A stretch of 42,768 bases of DNA from a virus (Duplodnaviria > Caudoviricetes), in IMG/VR virus record IMGVR_UViG_3300025087_000016, positions 1 through 42,768 of that record. One strand, 5' to 3'. A program made the position numbers and the translations under genes. The notes beneath the pieces were generated by a model that saw only the letters and a list, made by a program, of their open reading frames with translations, was not told where the DNA came from and searched no databases. Below are positions 9,898 through 18,719 of this stretch, piece after piece; the stretch's first letter is position 1; the number at the start of each line of letters is the position of its first letter.

Positions 9898-10692
9898 TTA
9901 TCCTCCAAATGGTAAGTCTACAATTTTAACTTCTTTTGCGAATCTACAGAGTTCTTTTCCAATAGCTTTCAATCCACGCAAGCCAGCTAAATCTTTATCA
10001 TAACAGATATAAATTAGTTTGTCTTTAAATAGTGGTAACAAATCTCGATTAAAAGAACCTTCTCCAGTCGTAAAAGTTCCTGCATTGAATCCTAACTGGC
10101 AAGCCAATATTGTATCAGGCTCACCAGCACATAAAAGTAAAAAAGGATTTTCAATAAGATTCCTAATTGGGAAAAAATAGCTTTCATTGTGTCCACGAAT
10201 ACCTCTAAATTTAGGGTTTTGTTCTGTTACATGGCCAGATACTAAATATTTCCTGATATTTAGTAACTTGCCATGTTGATTATAAATAGGTATTTGTACT
10301 CTTTTTTCTTGGTCGTTCCAACCTAGTTTAAATTTAATAATAGTTTCTAACAACCATCCCCTGTGAGTAAATAGATAATCTTGAATATGTTTTTTAGAAA
10401 GTAAAAAATTATGCGCTTCTGTTACTTCTGCTTCTGACAAAATACTAGCTTTTGAATCTCCAAGAACTATTTTCTTCGCTTCTTTAAAGCTACATTTATT
10501 CCAGTGCATCACCCATGTATAAATATCTCCACCTTTCTTGCATGAATGACAGAAGAAGATTCCTTCTTTTAAATTTACGCTCAGACTAGGCGTACTTTCT
10601 TCATGAAATACACAAATCACATTCTGTTGTTCAACGTCTGAGCGTAAATTAGGAATATATTTAGAATAGAAATCGTAGTATCGGATACTCAT
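9898..10692 (-). CDS. DNA primase (CHC2 zinc finger + Toprim), C-terminally truncated
   Basis: CVFHEESTPSLSV...FFCHSC zinc finger; CAGEPD and YICYDKDLAG Toprim motifs; ends abruptly at IVDLPFGG. Confidence 0.88.
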   Translation of the reverse strand: MSIRYYDFYSKYIPNLRSDVEQQNVICVFHEESTPSLSVNLKEGIFFCHSCKKGGDIYTWVMHWNKCSFKEAKKIVLGDSKASILSEAEVTEAHNFLLSKKHIQDYLFTHRGWLLETIIKFKLGWNDQEKRVQIPIYNQHGKLLNIRKYLVSGHVTEQNPKFRGIRGHNESYFFPIRNLIENPFLLLCAGEPDTILACQLGFNAGTFTTGEGSFNRDLLPLFKDKLIYICYDKDLAGLRGLKAIGKELCRFAKEVKIVDLPFGG

Positions 10693-10973
10693 TAATTCAT
10701 CCTAACAGGAAAAGTAAATACTTTAGCAGGTTTATTATGTTCAGAACATATATCTTTATCTGGACATGTATCACATTCAAAAATTTTATGTAATTCTTCT
10801 CTAGTCATATAGCTAAGAACTTTTTCATATTTTTCAAGTCCTTCTTTCAAATCAAGTAAAGCAAAAATTCTTTTTTCTTTTCTGTTAGTTTCATCTATTG
10901 CTATATCTATAAGCATTTTCATTTTAGGCAACATCATTTCCATTGCGTCATTATGTGTTTCTACTCTAGTCAT
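10692..10973 (-). CDS. Hypothetical protein with CxxC-x4-C motif
   Basis: GGGAGG RBS; CDTCPDKDIC. Confidence 0.55.
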   Translation of the reverse strand: MTRVETHNDAMEMMLPKMKMLIDIAIDETNRKEKRIFALLDLKEGLEKYEKVLSYMTREELHKIFECDTCPDKDICSEHNKPAKVFTFPVRMN

Positions 10974-11163
10974 AATTAATTTCCTCCCGAATATGATTAA
11001 TACTATCTATAATAGCTTTCGGTAAACCATCGTTCATGATGTTTATGAACATTTCAATTTGTCTTTCAAAATCAAAACGTAAAGCTTCATGTTCTTTATC
11101 TCTTGCCGGTGTTTCCCATTCTAGTTTGTATTTTATTTCGGTTGTGATAGAATATTTGTCCAT
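10966..11163 (-). CDS. Hypothetical protein
   Basis: AGGAG RBS; tightly packed in the operon. Confidence 0.55.
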   Translation of the reverse strand: MDKYSITTEIKYKLEWETPARDKEHEALRFDFERQIEMFINIMNDGLPKAIIDSINHIREEINYD

Positions 11164-11164
11164 A

Positions 11165-11437
11165 TCATCTCCTGTACTGTCTCAAGAATTTAATCTGATC
11201 TTCCCAATTTCTCTCTTTCATTTTGTTCCAGTTAGTGTCAAAAGTATTCACACATGTTTTACAGAATACTAGCAAGATACTAAATACAGCTTCAGTGCAT
11301 GAATTAACTTTTTTGGTTTTGAAAACATGCGGATACCTGTAATAAATTACTTTACTTAATTCTTTGCATCTGTCACAAACTTTGGGCTTTTTCGTGGTCC
11401 CGGCAGCCATTACATTCACCTTTATTACATACTTCAT
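11165..11437 (-). CDS. Zinc-finger protein
   Basis: CDRC...CKTC. Confidence 0.5.
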   Translation of the reverse strand: MKYVIKVNVMAAGTTKKPKVCDRCKELSKVIYYRYPHVFKTKKVNSCTEAVFSILLVFCKTCVNTFDTNWNKMKERNWEDQIKFLRQYRR

Positions 11438-11696
11438 AAGCTATTCTTTGTTGTCTTTCTTTACACCAAACAAATCTACTTGCTGGCTTATGAAGTAGTT
11501 CTAGTAGGTTAGTTGCATATTCAACTGTAATTATTCCTTCGCATTTAGAACATATTTTTTCTTTTTCTGTAGATTTAACTTCTTCAAGAATTTCAATTAT
11601 TCCTGCTGAACCACAAGCACAGTTTTTCTTGCGCTTAAATAAACTTTTATCTACTTCTTTGTTACCGAATAAATCAGTGAGTTCAAAAAATCCCAT
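11373..11696 (-). CDS. Cys-rich hypothetical protein
   Basis: AGGAG RBS; CAC, CSKC, C..C...CNGC. Confidence 0.55.
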   Translation of the reverse strand: MGFFELTDLFGNKEVDKSLFKRKKNCACGSAGIIEILEEVKSTEKEKICSKCEGIITVEYATNLLELLHKPASRFVWCKERQQRIAYEVCNKGECNGCRDHEKAQSL

Positions 11697-11904
11697 ATGT
11701 AACTCCTATATAGGTTTCAATTTCATTATCGGCAGCTTTTTCGAATGTAATGTTTATAGATTTAAACGGCAAACCATTAGTAGCTTTAGTTAAAGTTTCT
11801 ATTTTGTCTTTTACGTGATTCAAAACAAGTTCTCTTAACTCTGATTCACGTATATACAAAAAAGCTGAATATTCTTCTTTTTTAGTTTCTTGTTTTAGTT
11901 CCAT
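11683..11904 (-). CDS. Hypothetical protein
   Basis: GGAG RBS; overlaps both neighbours. Confidence 0.55.
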   Translation of the reverse strand: MELKQETKKEEYSAFLYIRESELRELVLNHVKDKIETLTKATNGLPFKSINITFEKAADNEIETYIGVTYGIF

Positions 11905-12152
11905 AGTTCAAACTCCACGGCAACTTCGTGCAATGCACACAATGCGCAATCTCCATTAGCCTTGCATACGCATTGATCGCAAAACTTATTAATAGCTTGT
12001 TTTACTTTCTCGCATGAGTTTTCCACTTTAATACTGTCTTTAATAAGCCTACTATGATCTTCACGTAAATTTTTAAGTTGCTCTTGAGTAGCACCTAAGT
12101 CTTTTCGTACTCTTTCAAACTTGGCGTGTATTTGACTTATGGGATTATTCAT
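11895..12152 (-). CDS. Coiled-coil protein with C-terminal Cys cluster (start ATG 12152)
   Basis: AAGGAGG RBS before MNNPISQ; CDQCVC....CALC. Confidence 0.6.
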   Translation of the reverse strand: MNNPISQIHAKFERVRKDLGATQEQLKNLREDHSRLIKDSIKVENSCEKVKQAINKFCDQCVCKANGDCALCALHEVAVEFELWN

Positions 12153-12167
12153 AGAATCCTCCTTTTT

Positions 12168-12205
12168 TAACCAGAGCATATAAATAAAAATATATGCTCT
12201 GGTTA
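12168..12205. terminator. Perfect 15-bp inverted repeat (hairpin) downstream of ssb
   Basis: TAACCAGAGCATATA-8 nt-TATATGCTCTGGTTA; T-rich tail only on the + side. Confidence 0.55.
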
Positions 12206-12211
12206 GTTTAT

Positions 12212-12952
12212 TTAAAACGGAATATCATTATCTTGAACTTTCTCAGCTTCTTTAGTTTCAGTCACATATTCATCTGACCTGATTTCTTGCTTTCTAGCAG
12301 TATCTTTAAACTGTTGAATGAAATTTCCAACCGTGCGAAGTTCAGATGTAGATAGTACAGATTTACGGGAAAACTTCATTTCTGAATATTCGTTTGTACC
12401 TGCTACTTTACGAGTCAAGTTAAATTCTGTTACAACGCAGGCATATGGAATGCCTGAGTCATAAAGAGTAGTCATATAAACATCAAATGGTTTCAAACTA
12501 CTTGGCGGAACTGTAAGTCTTTTTGGCAAAGCTGAACCTTCCATAATAACATGAAGTCTTGCCATGTTTTTGCAAGCTTTACCCTTTCCGGTCTTTGGAT
12601 CAGATCCGTATTCATTTTGTGGACAACCTGCACAAGTTTCATTTTGCAATTTACCAGAAGATTTATCCGGTACTACGCCATTCATAGAAAAGCAATCTGG
12701 AATTACTGCTATACCATCACCTGCCGGTTTTTCCCACCATGCGTTAGCTCTATGCTGATCTATTATGATTCCTTCAAAGCTTTCTACTTTACGCTCATCA
12801 GGCATACGAAACATTTGACCAGCATGAATAATACCTATTTGTGGAAGTCTTGGAACAACGCCTTCCATGTTGTTTTGAAGTTTAAATAAATCTTTAAACT
12901 CATCCGGGATTTGTACTGTTGTGTTTCTTACTTCCTTGCTTGGTAATTGCAT
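12212..12952 (-). CDS. Phage single-stranded DNA-binding protein (start ATG 12952)
   Basis: PDCFS.NG..P...CAGCPQNEYGS...GKGKACKN...L.VPPSSLK; acidic DNDIPF C-terminal tail. Confidence 0.8.
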   Translation of the reverse strand: MQLPSKEVRNTTVQIPDEFKDLFKLQNNMEGVVPRLPQIGIIHAGQMFRMPDERKVESFEGIIIDQHRANAWWEKPAGDGIAVIPDCFSMNGVVPDKSSGKLQNETCAGCPQNEYGSDPKTGKGKACKNMARLHVIMEGSALPKRLTVPPSSLKPFDVYMTTLYDSGIPYACVVTEFNLTRKVAGTNEYSEMKFSRKSVLSTSELRTVGNFIQQFKDTARKQEIRSDEYVTETKEAEKVQDNDIPF

Positions 12953-13035
12953 TTTCTCTCTCCTTTTAGATATATTGTCCAAAATATTTTAATTCAAATC
13001 TTAACAATTCTTTTGTACGGTTAATTTCAGCTATT

Positions 13036-13275
13036 TTATTTAACCTTCTTTCCGATTCCTTCCTTAGCCATTTTTTCTTTTGCTTTATTTCTCTTTTCTT
13101 GTTCATACTTTAAATCCTTCATTACATACTTTTCATGTTCCTGATACCAGACTATCTTACAATTTACACAAAAAAGCAGGTTATAGGTTATTAAGAATTC
13201 ATCTTTTTTTTCCCGTAATCCTCCTGTTTTCAAGTAGGTGAAAATTTCTTTGTTACATTTTGGACAAAGTTCCAT
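13036..13275 (-). CDS. Zinc-ribbon protein (start ATG 13275)
   Basis: AGGAGG RBS; CPKC...CVNC. Confidence 0.6.
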   Translation of the reverse strand: MELCPKCNKEIFTYLKTGGLREKKDEFLITYNLLFCVNCKIVWYQEHEKYVMKDLKYEQEKRNKAKEKMAKEGIGKKVK

Positions 13276-13315
13276 ATTACAAAACCTCCTACTGGCTAAA
13301 TGGACATGTCTTTCT

Positions 13316-13630
13316 TTATGCAAAATCAAATATATATTGGTTGCATATTTTTTGAATTTCATTAAAAAATATTAATTCTCCAGCTTTAATTGTATCATAA
13401 ACATATCTCATCATCTTTCCATGAGTTTTTAAACTATAATCTTTTATTGTTTTTACATATGGATCACTTGGACCGTGAATACACATAATATATCTTTTTG
13501 TATCTTTTTCTTGAAGAGTTAGTCCAATACTAAAATCTGAACCTGTTACAATGCAGTTATATATTCTGTTATTATTTAGTTTAATCTTAACTTCTTTCCC
13601 TTCAATAGACGCATATCTTCTTTTTCCCAT
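13316..13630 (-). CDS. Hypothetical protein
   Basis: GGGGG RBS; ORF track. Confidence 0.55.
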   Translation of the reverse strand: MGKRRYASIEGKEVKIKLNNNRIYNCIVTGSDFSIGLTLQEKDTKRYIMCIHGPSDPYVKTIKDYSLKTHGKMMRYVYDTIKAGELIFFNEIQKICNQYIFDFA

Positions 13631-13633
13631 GAT

Positions 13634-14455
13634 TTATACCCCCCAATATTCGTTTGTTCGTTTCCAAAATTTATACTTATTCCCACCAGCCATGCACGTA
13701 TCAATGTCTTTTAAGATTTCTATTAGGTATAACTCAAACTCTTTTATCATATTCAAAGTTACAGGTTTAAACGTACTTTTGAAATACTTTTCTTGTTCTG
13801 CATCTGCAACAGTATAGATTAGTCTTTTCTGGAACTCACTTATAGTTTCATCTTTTTTTTGTCTTATACGTGGTTTCATTATAACTCTCTTCAAGACACC
13901 TTCTGGAATTGTAAAATCCCATTTATAACATGCCCAAGCATATGTCATAGTCTGAAAATCTAAACACTCAAGGGTATTATCTTCATCTCCTGAAGTTTTG
14001 ATTTCTATTATCACTTTTTTGTTTTCATGATATGTCAAAGCAGTTAAGTCCGGACTTGTATATATTAAGAAGTCATGTTTCGCTTTTTTTATACTAACAG
14101 GCACTTTCCAGTTTTCTATTTTAAATGTATGATATAGCTCTTTACTCCCGTATATTTCTATGTAAGCATCAAGCAAAGCCATAACCATAGTTTGGTCTAT
14201 TTTATTAGGAAGTCTTTTAAACTCATCACTATCTAAGACATTATCACCATATGGTTTTTTATCTTGCATTTTGTTCATATAGTAAGTTTTTATTCCAAAA
14301 TCTACTGCGCTACCTATTGTAAAAGCATTTTGAACAAATCTATATCTTACCGGAGTTATACCATTACAGAAATGGTTATAGAAACCATATCTATCATCTA
14401 AGAAGTCCCTTAGTTGGTGCATATGCAACATGAGTTTTGGTTTCTTTTTCAACAT
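13634..14455 (-). CDS. PD-(D/E)XK exonuclease (Cas4/RecB-like)
   Basis: AFTIGSAV...PDL...IIEIKTS...FQTMTYAWA...IMKPRIRQKK.ET..EF..R. Confidence 0.75.
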   Translation of the reverse strand: MLKKKPKLMLHMHQLRDFLDDRYGFYNHFCNGITPVRYRFVQNAFTIGSAVDFGIKTYYMNKMQDKKPYGDNVLDSDEFKRLPNKIDQTMVMALLDAYIEIYGSKELYHTFKIENWKVPVSIKKAKHDFLIYTSPDLTALTYHENKKVIIEIKTSGDEDNTLECLDFQTMTYAWACYKWDFTIPEGVLKRVIMKPRIRQKKDETISEFQKRLIYTVADAEQEKYFKSTFKPVTLNMIKEFELYLIEILKDIDTCMAGGNKYKFWKRTNEYWGV

Positions 14456-14505
14456 GACGTTTTGCCCCTTCTATACTTCTATACTTAATAAGTAAATAAA
14501 TAGTT

Positions 14506-14874
14506 TTAATCATCGCTTGGATTACAAGTATTATCTTCATAATCTAAATACCCCTTTTCTTCAAGAGCTATCCATGTTCTTTTAATAGCTTCTTGTTGGG
14601 ATTGTTTTTCTGTTTTATCAAAATAATGATATTTAGCAAAATCTTGGAAAGCATAACATGGACATGGACTTGATATTTCAAGTCCTATAAAGGTTTTACA
14701 GATGCGACAAACTTCTTGTTCTTCTTCAACGGGTACTATAATATATTCATCATAATTATTACAGTAAGTATTCATTCTAAACTTACGAATCTTGGGGCAA
14801 CAAACGCATGGTTTTTCTTTTTCCAACATATGAAGCAATCTTTCAGCATGTAACTTTTCGGTGTATTCTATCAT
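14506..14874 (-). CDS. Cys-rich hypothetical protein
   Basis: GGAGG RBS; PCVCCP...CRICKTF...CPC. Confidence 0.6.
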   Translation of the reverse strand: MIEYTEKLHAERLLHMLEKEKPCVCCPKIRKFRMNTYCNNYDEYIIVPVEEEQEVCRICKTFIGLEISSPCPCYAFQDFAKYHYFDKTEKQSQQEAIKRTWIALEEKGYLDYEDNTCNPSDD

Positions 14875-15251
14875 ACCCTTACCTCCATTGTGATTATTCC
14901 TTCTATTAAATCTTCTGCAAATTCAGGTTTCTTGTACCAATAGTTATATTTTTTGTAAAAGTATCTACCAGCTAGAATTTTAGCTGTATCGAGACTGCAA
15001 TTAGAGAATATTTCCTGTATTTCACGTAGAACAAAACTTTGTTGCTTGCCAAGTTTAATTGGATCAGATATATTTACTTTATCAGGAATAATTCCCAATT
15101 CACGCAATAGTAGCTCTGTAGGCTTATAATAGCTAAATTGTTTTTCAAGCTTACCGGATATTACTAGTTCATCTAAATCAGAGTTTTTAAGCTTCTTCTG
15201 AAATAACTGATTTAGCAAACCACGTGTTAGATATGTTTTGGTAGTTATCAT
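14871..15251 (-). CDS. Hypothetical protein
   Basis: GAGG RBS; ORF track. Confidence 0.55.
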   Translation of the reverse strand: MITTKTYLTRGLLNQLFQKKLKNSDLDELVISGKLEKQFSYYKPTELLLRELGIIPDKVNISDPIKLGKQQSFVLREIQEIFSNCSLDTAKILAGRYFYKKYNYWYKKPEFAEDLIEGIITMEVRV

Positions 15252-15253
15252 AT

Positions 15254-15670
15254 TTATACCTCACTAATAAACTTTATCTTTCTGCCAGCAACAACGGGAT
15301 TTATATAATAAAATCCTTCAAGTAAATCTTCTAATACTGTTGCTTCAACGATTATAAAGTTATAGTTAAGATCATAGTGATCGCTATCTTCCATAATTTC
15401 TTCTAGTAATTCTTTTGCCTGATCTAAACTTTTAAATACCGCAGTGCGTCCAACCATTTCATTTTTAAATGTAATATGTTTAAGAATATCGCCAACAAAA
15501 TAATGTCCTATTCTGTTTTGCTCTTCAACAACGGGTATAATTTCACTATCGTTATAGCAGAATCCCATTGCTATACTATAATACTTGCCATTTTGTTTAT
15601 GTTTGGCTACTACTTTGTAGCCGGTAAATTCTTTTTCTTCTAATTCTTTCATTAGGTCACACATAATCAT
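15254..15670 (-). CDS. Hypothetical protein (start ATG 15670, coupled to the SNF2 stop)
   Basis: AAGGAGGG RBS and ATGA overlap with the helicase stop. Confidence 0.6.
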   Translation of the reverse strand: MIMCDLMKELEEKEFTGYKVVAKHKQNGKYYSIAMGFCYNDSEIIPVVEEQNRIGHYFVGDILKHITFKNEMVGRTAVFKSLDQAKELLEEIMEDSDHYDLNYNFIIVEATVLEDLLEGFYYINPVVAGRKIKFISEV

Positions 15671-17694
15671 TTCCCTCCTTTTGCCATGTTTCGCAAGTTG
15701 TCCTTTGTGATTACATCCGCTACCGACTTTTTTCCCATTAGAATCTGTAGTATGCCTATGTCTATTGTATCTTGACATACTATGTCAGTATAGCTTACTT
15801 TGTGCTTTTCGACTACATCCTGCGCTCTATCTTCTGACTGGAGCCTGTCTTTTAGAACATAGCTATTAGACATATAAATCACATCCTGCGCTCGTGAAAG
15901 CTTCAAACCCTCACCTCCGCTTGCTGCAGTACCGATTATTACCTGTATTTTACCTTTCTGGAAGCGTTCTACTATGCTTTGTCGAGTGAAAGCGTCTATT
16001 CCGAGACTCGAATCAGGAATGACAAAACTTGAAGTGTTCATGTCTTTAGGTAGTTCTATGTTTTGGAATCTATTTACAGAGGTATATAGGTTATTTATCT
16101 TCTTTAGGAGGTCTATATCTTCTTTAGATACGTTTTGGTTTAAGTCCGGATGTAATTTCTTCACCATTTCACGGTAAGCTTCTTTAATAGCCTCTATGGT
16201 GTTAGCTTCAGGCTTAAGAATAGCCAGAAGCTTACCTAGTGGGCTACTAGGGTCTATGTTGTTACTAGCTTGTCTTTCATCTTCATTGAGCTCTATAGCT
16301 GAACCCACTATACATCCAAAACTTATCTTCATTTCTTGGAGTAGTTCAGCGATCATTTTAACTTCAGGAATAAACCTGGACCAGATTATAAGAGGCTTAC
16401 CATTATTTACTTCCAGGTTTTCTCTTAGAGCTTGTATTTTAGGTTGTTCTTTAAAGCGAAGTATTTTACCCTCTGGGGTTTTTAAAAAACCCGATGTAAT
16501 TTGCGAGAGTCTTAATAGCTGGACAAGTATTATAGGAGCAGATACTTCTTTACCTTCTAATTCAGCCATTGCAAAAGTTACCATTTGGTTATATACGCTT
16601 TGGTTTTCTGGTGGTAATGGAATATGTAGGGGTATATAAAGCTTATCAGGCATATCAAAACACATATCTCTTGTGAAACGTATTGCGTTTTCATAGAGTT
16701 TATCTGAAATAAGCTCATGCGCAGAATGTTTTGGTACTAAGTTCCATCCGTTTCGAGTAAAGTATTTTTCTATGAACCTTTCATATGAAAAGCCGAACTT
16801 GCGTCCCTTGTCTATTATTAAATTTGGAGAAAATAGGTCTATACTGCCTTGTGATACTGGAGTACCACATAAGCCCATTATGTATTCTGTTTTTAATCCT
16901 ATGTCTATTAGGTTTTTAGCTCGTTTAGCAGAAGGATTTTTTATCTTAATAAACTCATCTATGATGATATTTGTTCGGGAGTTTATTAGATTTAGTAACT
17001 CTTCTTTAATACTCGATACGCCTTCAAAGTTAATTATGAAAAAATCTACCTTATCTTTCATTAAACCTATTTCTAAGAGCTTATTCTCTCTTGTGCCTGT
17101 TATCATCAAGTATGATGCTTTGTCTTTAGGCATCCATTTCTGAATTTCATTCGCCCACGTATACATAAGAGTCACAGGACAGATTATAAAGCTTTTGTCT
17201 ATCCGGTTTAGGTTCTCTTTTAAGAATCTATGTCGTTCTATAGCTACCCTAGTTTTTCCAAGGCGCATTTCGTCCAAAGAATAAAAAGCCGGAAATCTGA
17301 CAGCATGTTCTAACTCTAACTGTTGATGTGCGAATGGTTTGCGTATATCTTCAGGTAGGTGCGAATAGTCAAGTAAGTAGGGCCTACTCTGGATGTTTTC
17401 TAGGGTAAGCTTTTCTTTAAGAAGCTTTCGCTTAATAGCTAATTCCTGGTCTTGTATAAGTTCCTGCTTATAATCTTGTAGGAACTTATCAGTAAACATA
17501 AAGTTATCGTCTTCGCTGTATCTTTGAATCAGGAAAGAGAAATTCTTGGCAGTAGTAGGACATATTAAAATAGAAACATGGTCTTTATAAGAGTCAAGAC
17601 CGTACTTGATGTTTTGCTTGTCGTATTGCCAGCTAGATGTATTCTTATCGAATACGAGCTTTATTGCTTTATTTTCGGTAGTTATAGTATGCAT
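15667..17694 (-). CDS. SNF2-family (SF2) helicase/ATPase with inserted DnaJ J-domain
   Basis: Q-motif PFAHQ, DEMRLGKT, IICP, IIIDE..KIKNP..KR, LCGTP, GGEGLKL, QSEDRA; internal IKEAYREMVKKLHPD. Confidence 0.88.
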   Translation of the reverse strand: MHTITTENKAIKLVFDKNTSSWQYDKQNIKYGLDSYKDHVSILICPTTAKNFSFLIQRYSEDDNFMFTDKFLQDYKQELIQDQELAIKRKLLKEKLTLENIQSRPYLLDYSHLPEDIRKPFAHQQLELEHAVRFPAFYSLDEMRLGKTRVAIERHRFLKENLNRIDKSFIICPVTLMYTWANEIQKWMPKDKASYLMITGTRENKLLEIGLMKDKVDFFIINFEGVSSIKEELLNLINSRTNIIIDEFIKIKNPSAKRAKNLIDIGLKTEYIMGLCGTPVSQGSIDLFSPNLIIDKGRKFGFSYERFIEKYFTRNGWNLVPKHSAHELISDKLYENAIRFTRDMCFDMPDKLYIPLHIPLPPENQSVYNQMVTFAMAELEGKEVSAPIILVQLLRLSQITSGFLKTPEGKILRFKEQPKIQALRENLEVNNGKPLIIWSRFIPEVKMIAELLQEMKISFGCIVGSAIELNEDERQASNNIDPSSPLGKLLAILKPEANTIEAIKEAYREMVKKLHPDLNQNVSKEDIDLLKKINNLYTSVNRFQNIELPKDMNTSSFVIPDSSLGIDAFTRQSIVERFQKGKIQVIIGTAASGGEGLKLSRAQDVIYMSNSYVLKDRLQSEDRAQDVVEKHKVSYTDIVCQDTIDIGILQILMGKKSVADVITKDNLRNMAKGGK

Positions 17695-17696
17695 GA

Positions 17697-18167
17697 TTAT
17701 ACCCTTTTCTTAATAGTTACTAATTCCCGTTTTCCGCATTTGGGACATGTACGGTGTCTATTAGTATTTGTTTCTCTCGTTTCACCTGTATCGTAGTTAC
17801 AGGAATCGCATATCCAGATGTAGGTGTATTGATCTTCTGTTTTATTAGTAGGGTTGCTTGGTTCAAGCTCGATATACTGATTTAGTCTTTTGTTAAAGTA
17901 TTTCAGATGATAAGTATAGGTGCACTTATCTAGGGTGAATTCGATCTTTGGCGGGGACTCTGTAGGCATACCTGCTAGGTAGAAAATTGTATCGGTTAAC
18001 TCTGGGTCTAAGGGAAACTTACCGGACTTGTCCCATAGTGTCATGTATTTTCGGATTACGCTTAATTTGTATTCGTTTCTGAATCTTTTCTCTAGCTGGA
18101 AATATTTATCTATTTCCTGCTTAACTTTGGCTTTTTGGGTCTGAAGGGCTTTTCTGTAGTCAGTCAT
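17697..18167 (-). CDS. Hypothetical protein with C-terminal zinc ribbon
   Basis: WICDSC...CPKCG. Confidence 0.6.
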   Translation of the reverse strand: MTDYRKALQTQKAKVKQEIDKYFQLEKRFRNEYKLSVIRKYMTLWDKSGKFPLDPELTDTIFYLAGMPTESPPKIEFTLDKCTYTYHLKYFNKRLNQYIELEPSNPTNKTEDQYTYIWICDSCNYDTGETRETNTNRHRTCPKCGKRELVTIKKRV

Positions 18168-18202
18168 GTGTTATACCGTATTTTTTGAAGTAGAATTAAG
18201 CC

Positions 18203-18241
18203 AAAAAGGGGGGCAAGCTATTTTATTCTAAGCTTGCCCCC
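18203..18241 (-). terminator. Rho-independent terminator
   Basis: GGGGGCAAGCT/AGCTTGCCCCC stem followed by a T run on the - strand, just after gene 18251-18694. Confidence 0.8.
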
Positions 18242-18250
18242 TATTCTCGA

Positions 18251-18694
18251 TTAATCCTCTTTGCCTACCTTCTTCCTGATAATCCAGAAAAGTTTCTTAC
18301 CTTCGTAGGTTCCACTGAGCTTAACGTTGTTGGCAATACCCATGATCGGTTCCAGGTTGCCAATGTTCTCGTCCAAGATACGGACTGCGAGTTCGTTTGT
18401 GTCCAGTTCATCGGAGTTTTCTGATTCCTCTTGCTCTACTCCAAAACTAATAGAGTAGGCATTACCGTCCACATATTTTTCCTTTGTGGAAATGGTTACA
18501 ATGTCCTTTTTGGCGCGGACGATACTTGAAGCGAAGTTTTGAGTTAATGCCTTAAACAAAACCTCTTTGATGCTTCCCATCTGTTTTGTCATTGCCTTGC
18601 GTTTAGCCTGAAGCTTTTTCCACATGGCCAATTCTTCAGGTGTCATCATGCCGGACATCTCGTCATCCTGGGTGGTGGTTACTTCTTCTGTCAT
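18251..18694 (-). CDS. Early hypothetical protein (monocistronic)
   Basis: AAGGAG RBS; own promoter and terminator. Confidence 0.7.
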   Translation of the reverse strand: MTEEVTTTQDDEMSGMMTPEELAMWKKLQAKRKAMTKQMGSIKEVLFKALTQNFASSIVRAKKDIVTISTKEKYVDGNAYSISFGVEQEESENSDELDTNELAVRILDENIGNLEPIMGIANNVKLSGTYEGKKLFWIIRKKVGKED

Positions 18695-18719
18695 AGTGTT
18701 CTCCTTTATTTTTTTTGCT

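Noticed and set aside
9663-9907. Group I/II intron or intein as the explanation for the insert
   Set aside because: The 240 nt are almost wholly KH coding sequence with stops in the host frame; there is no room for a ribozyme core and no intein terminal residues
13275-13362. Frameshift linking ORFs 13316-13630 and 13036-13362
   Set aside because: The downstream gene has its own strong AGGAGG-ATG at 13275; the overlap is an ORF-caller extension
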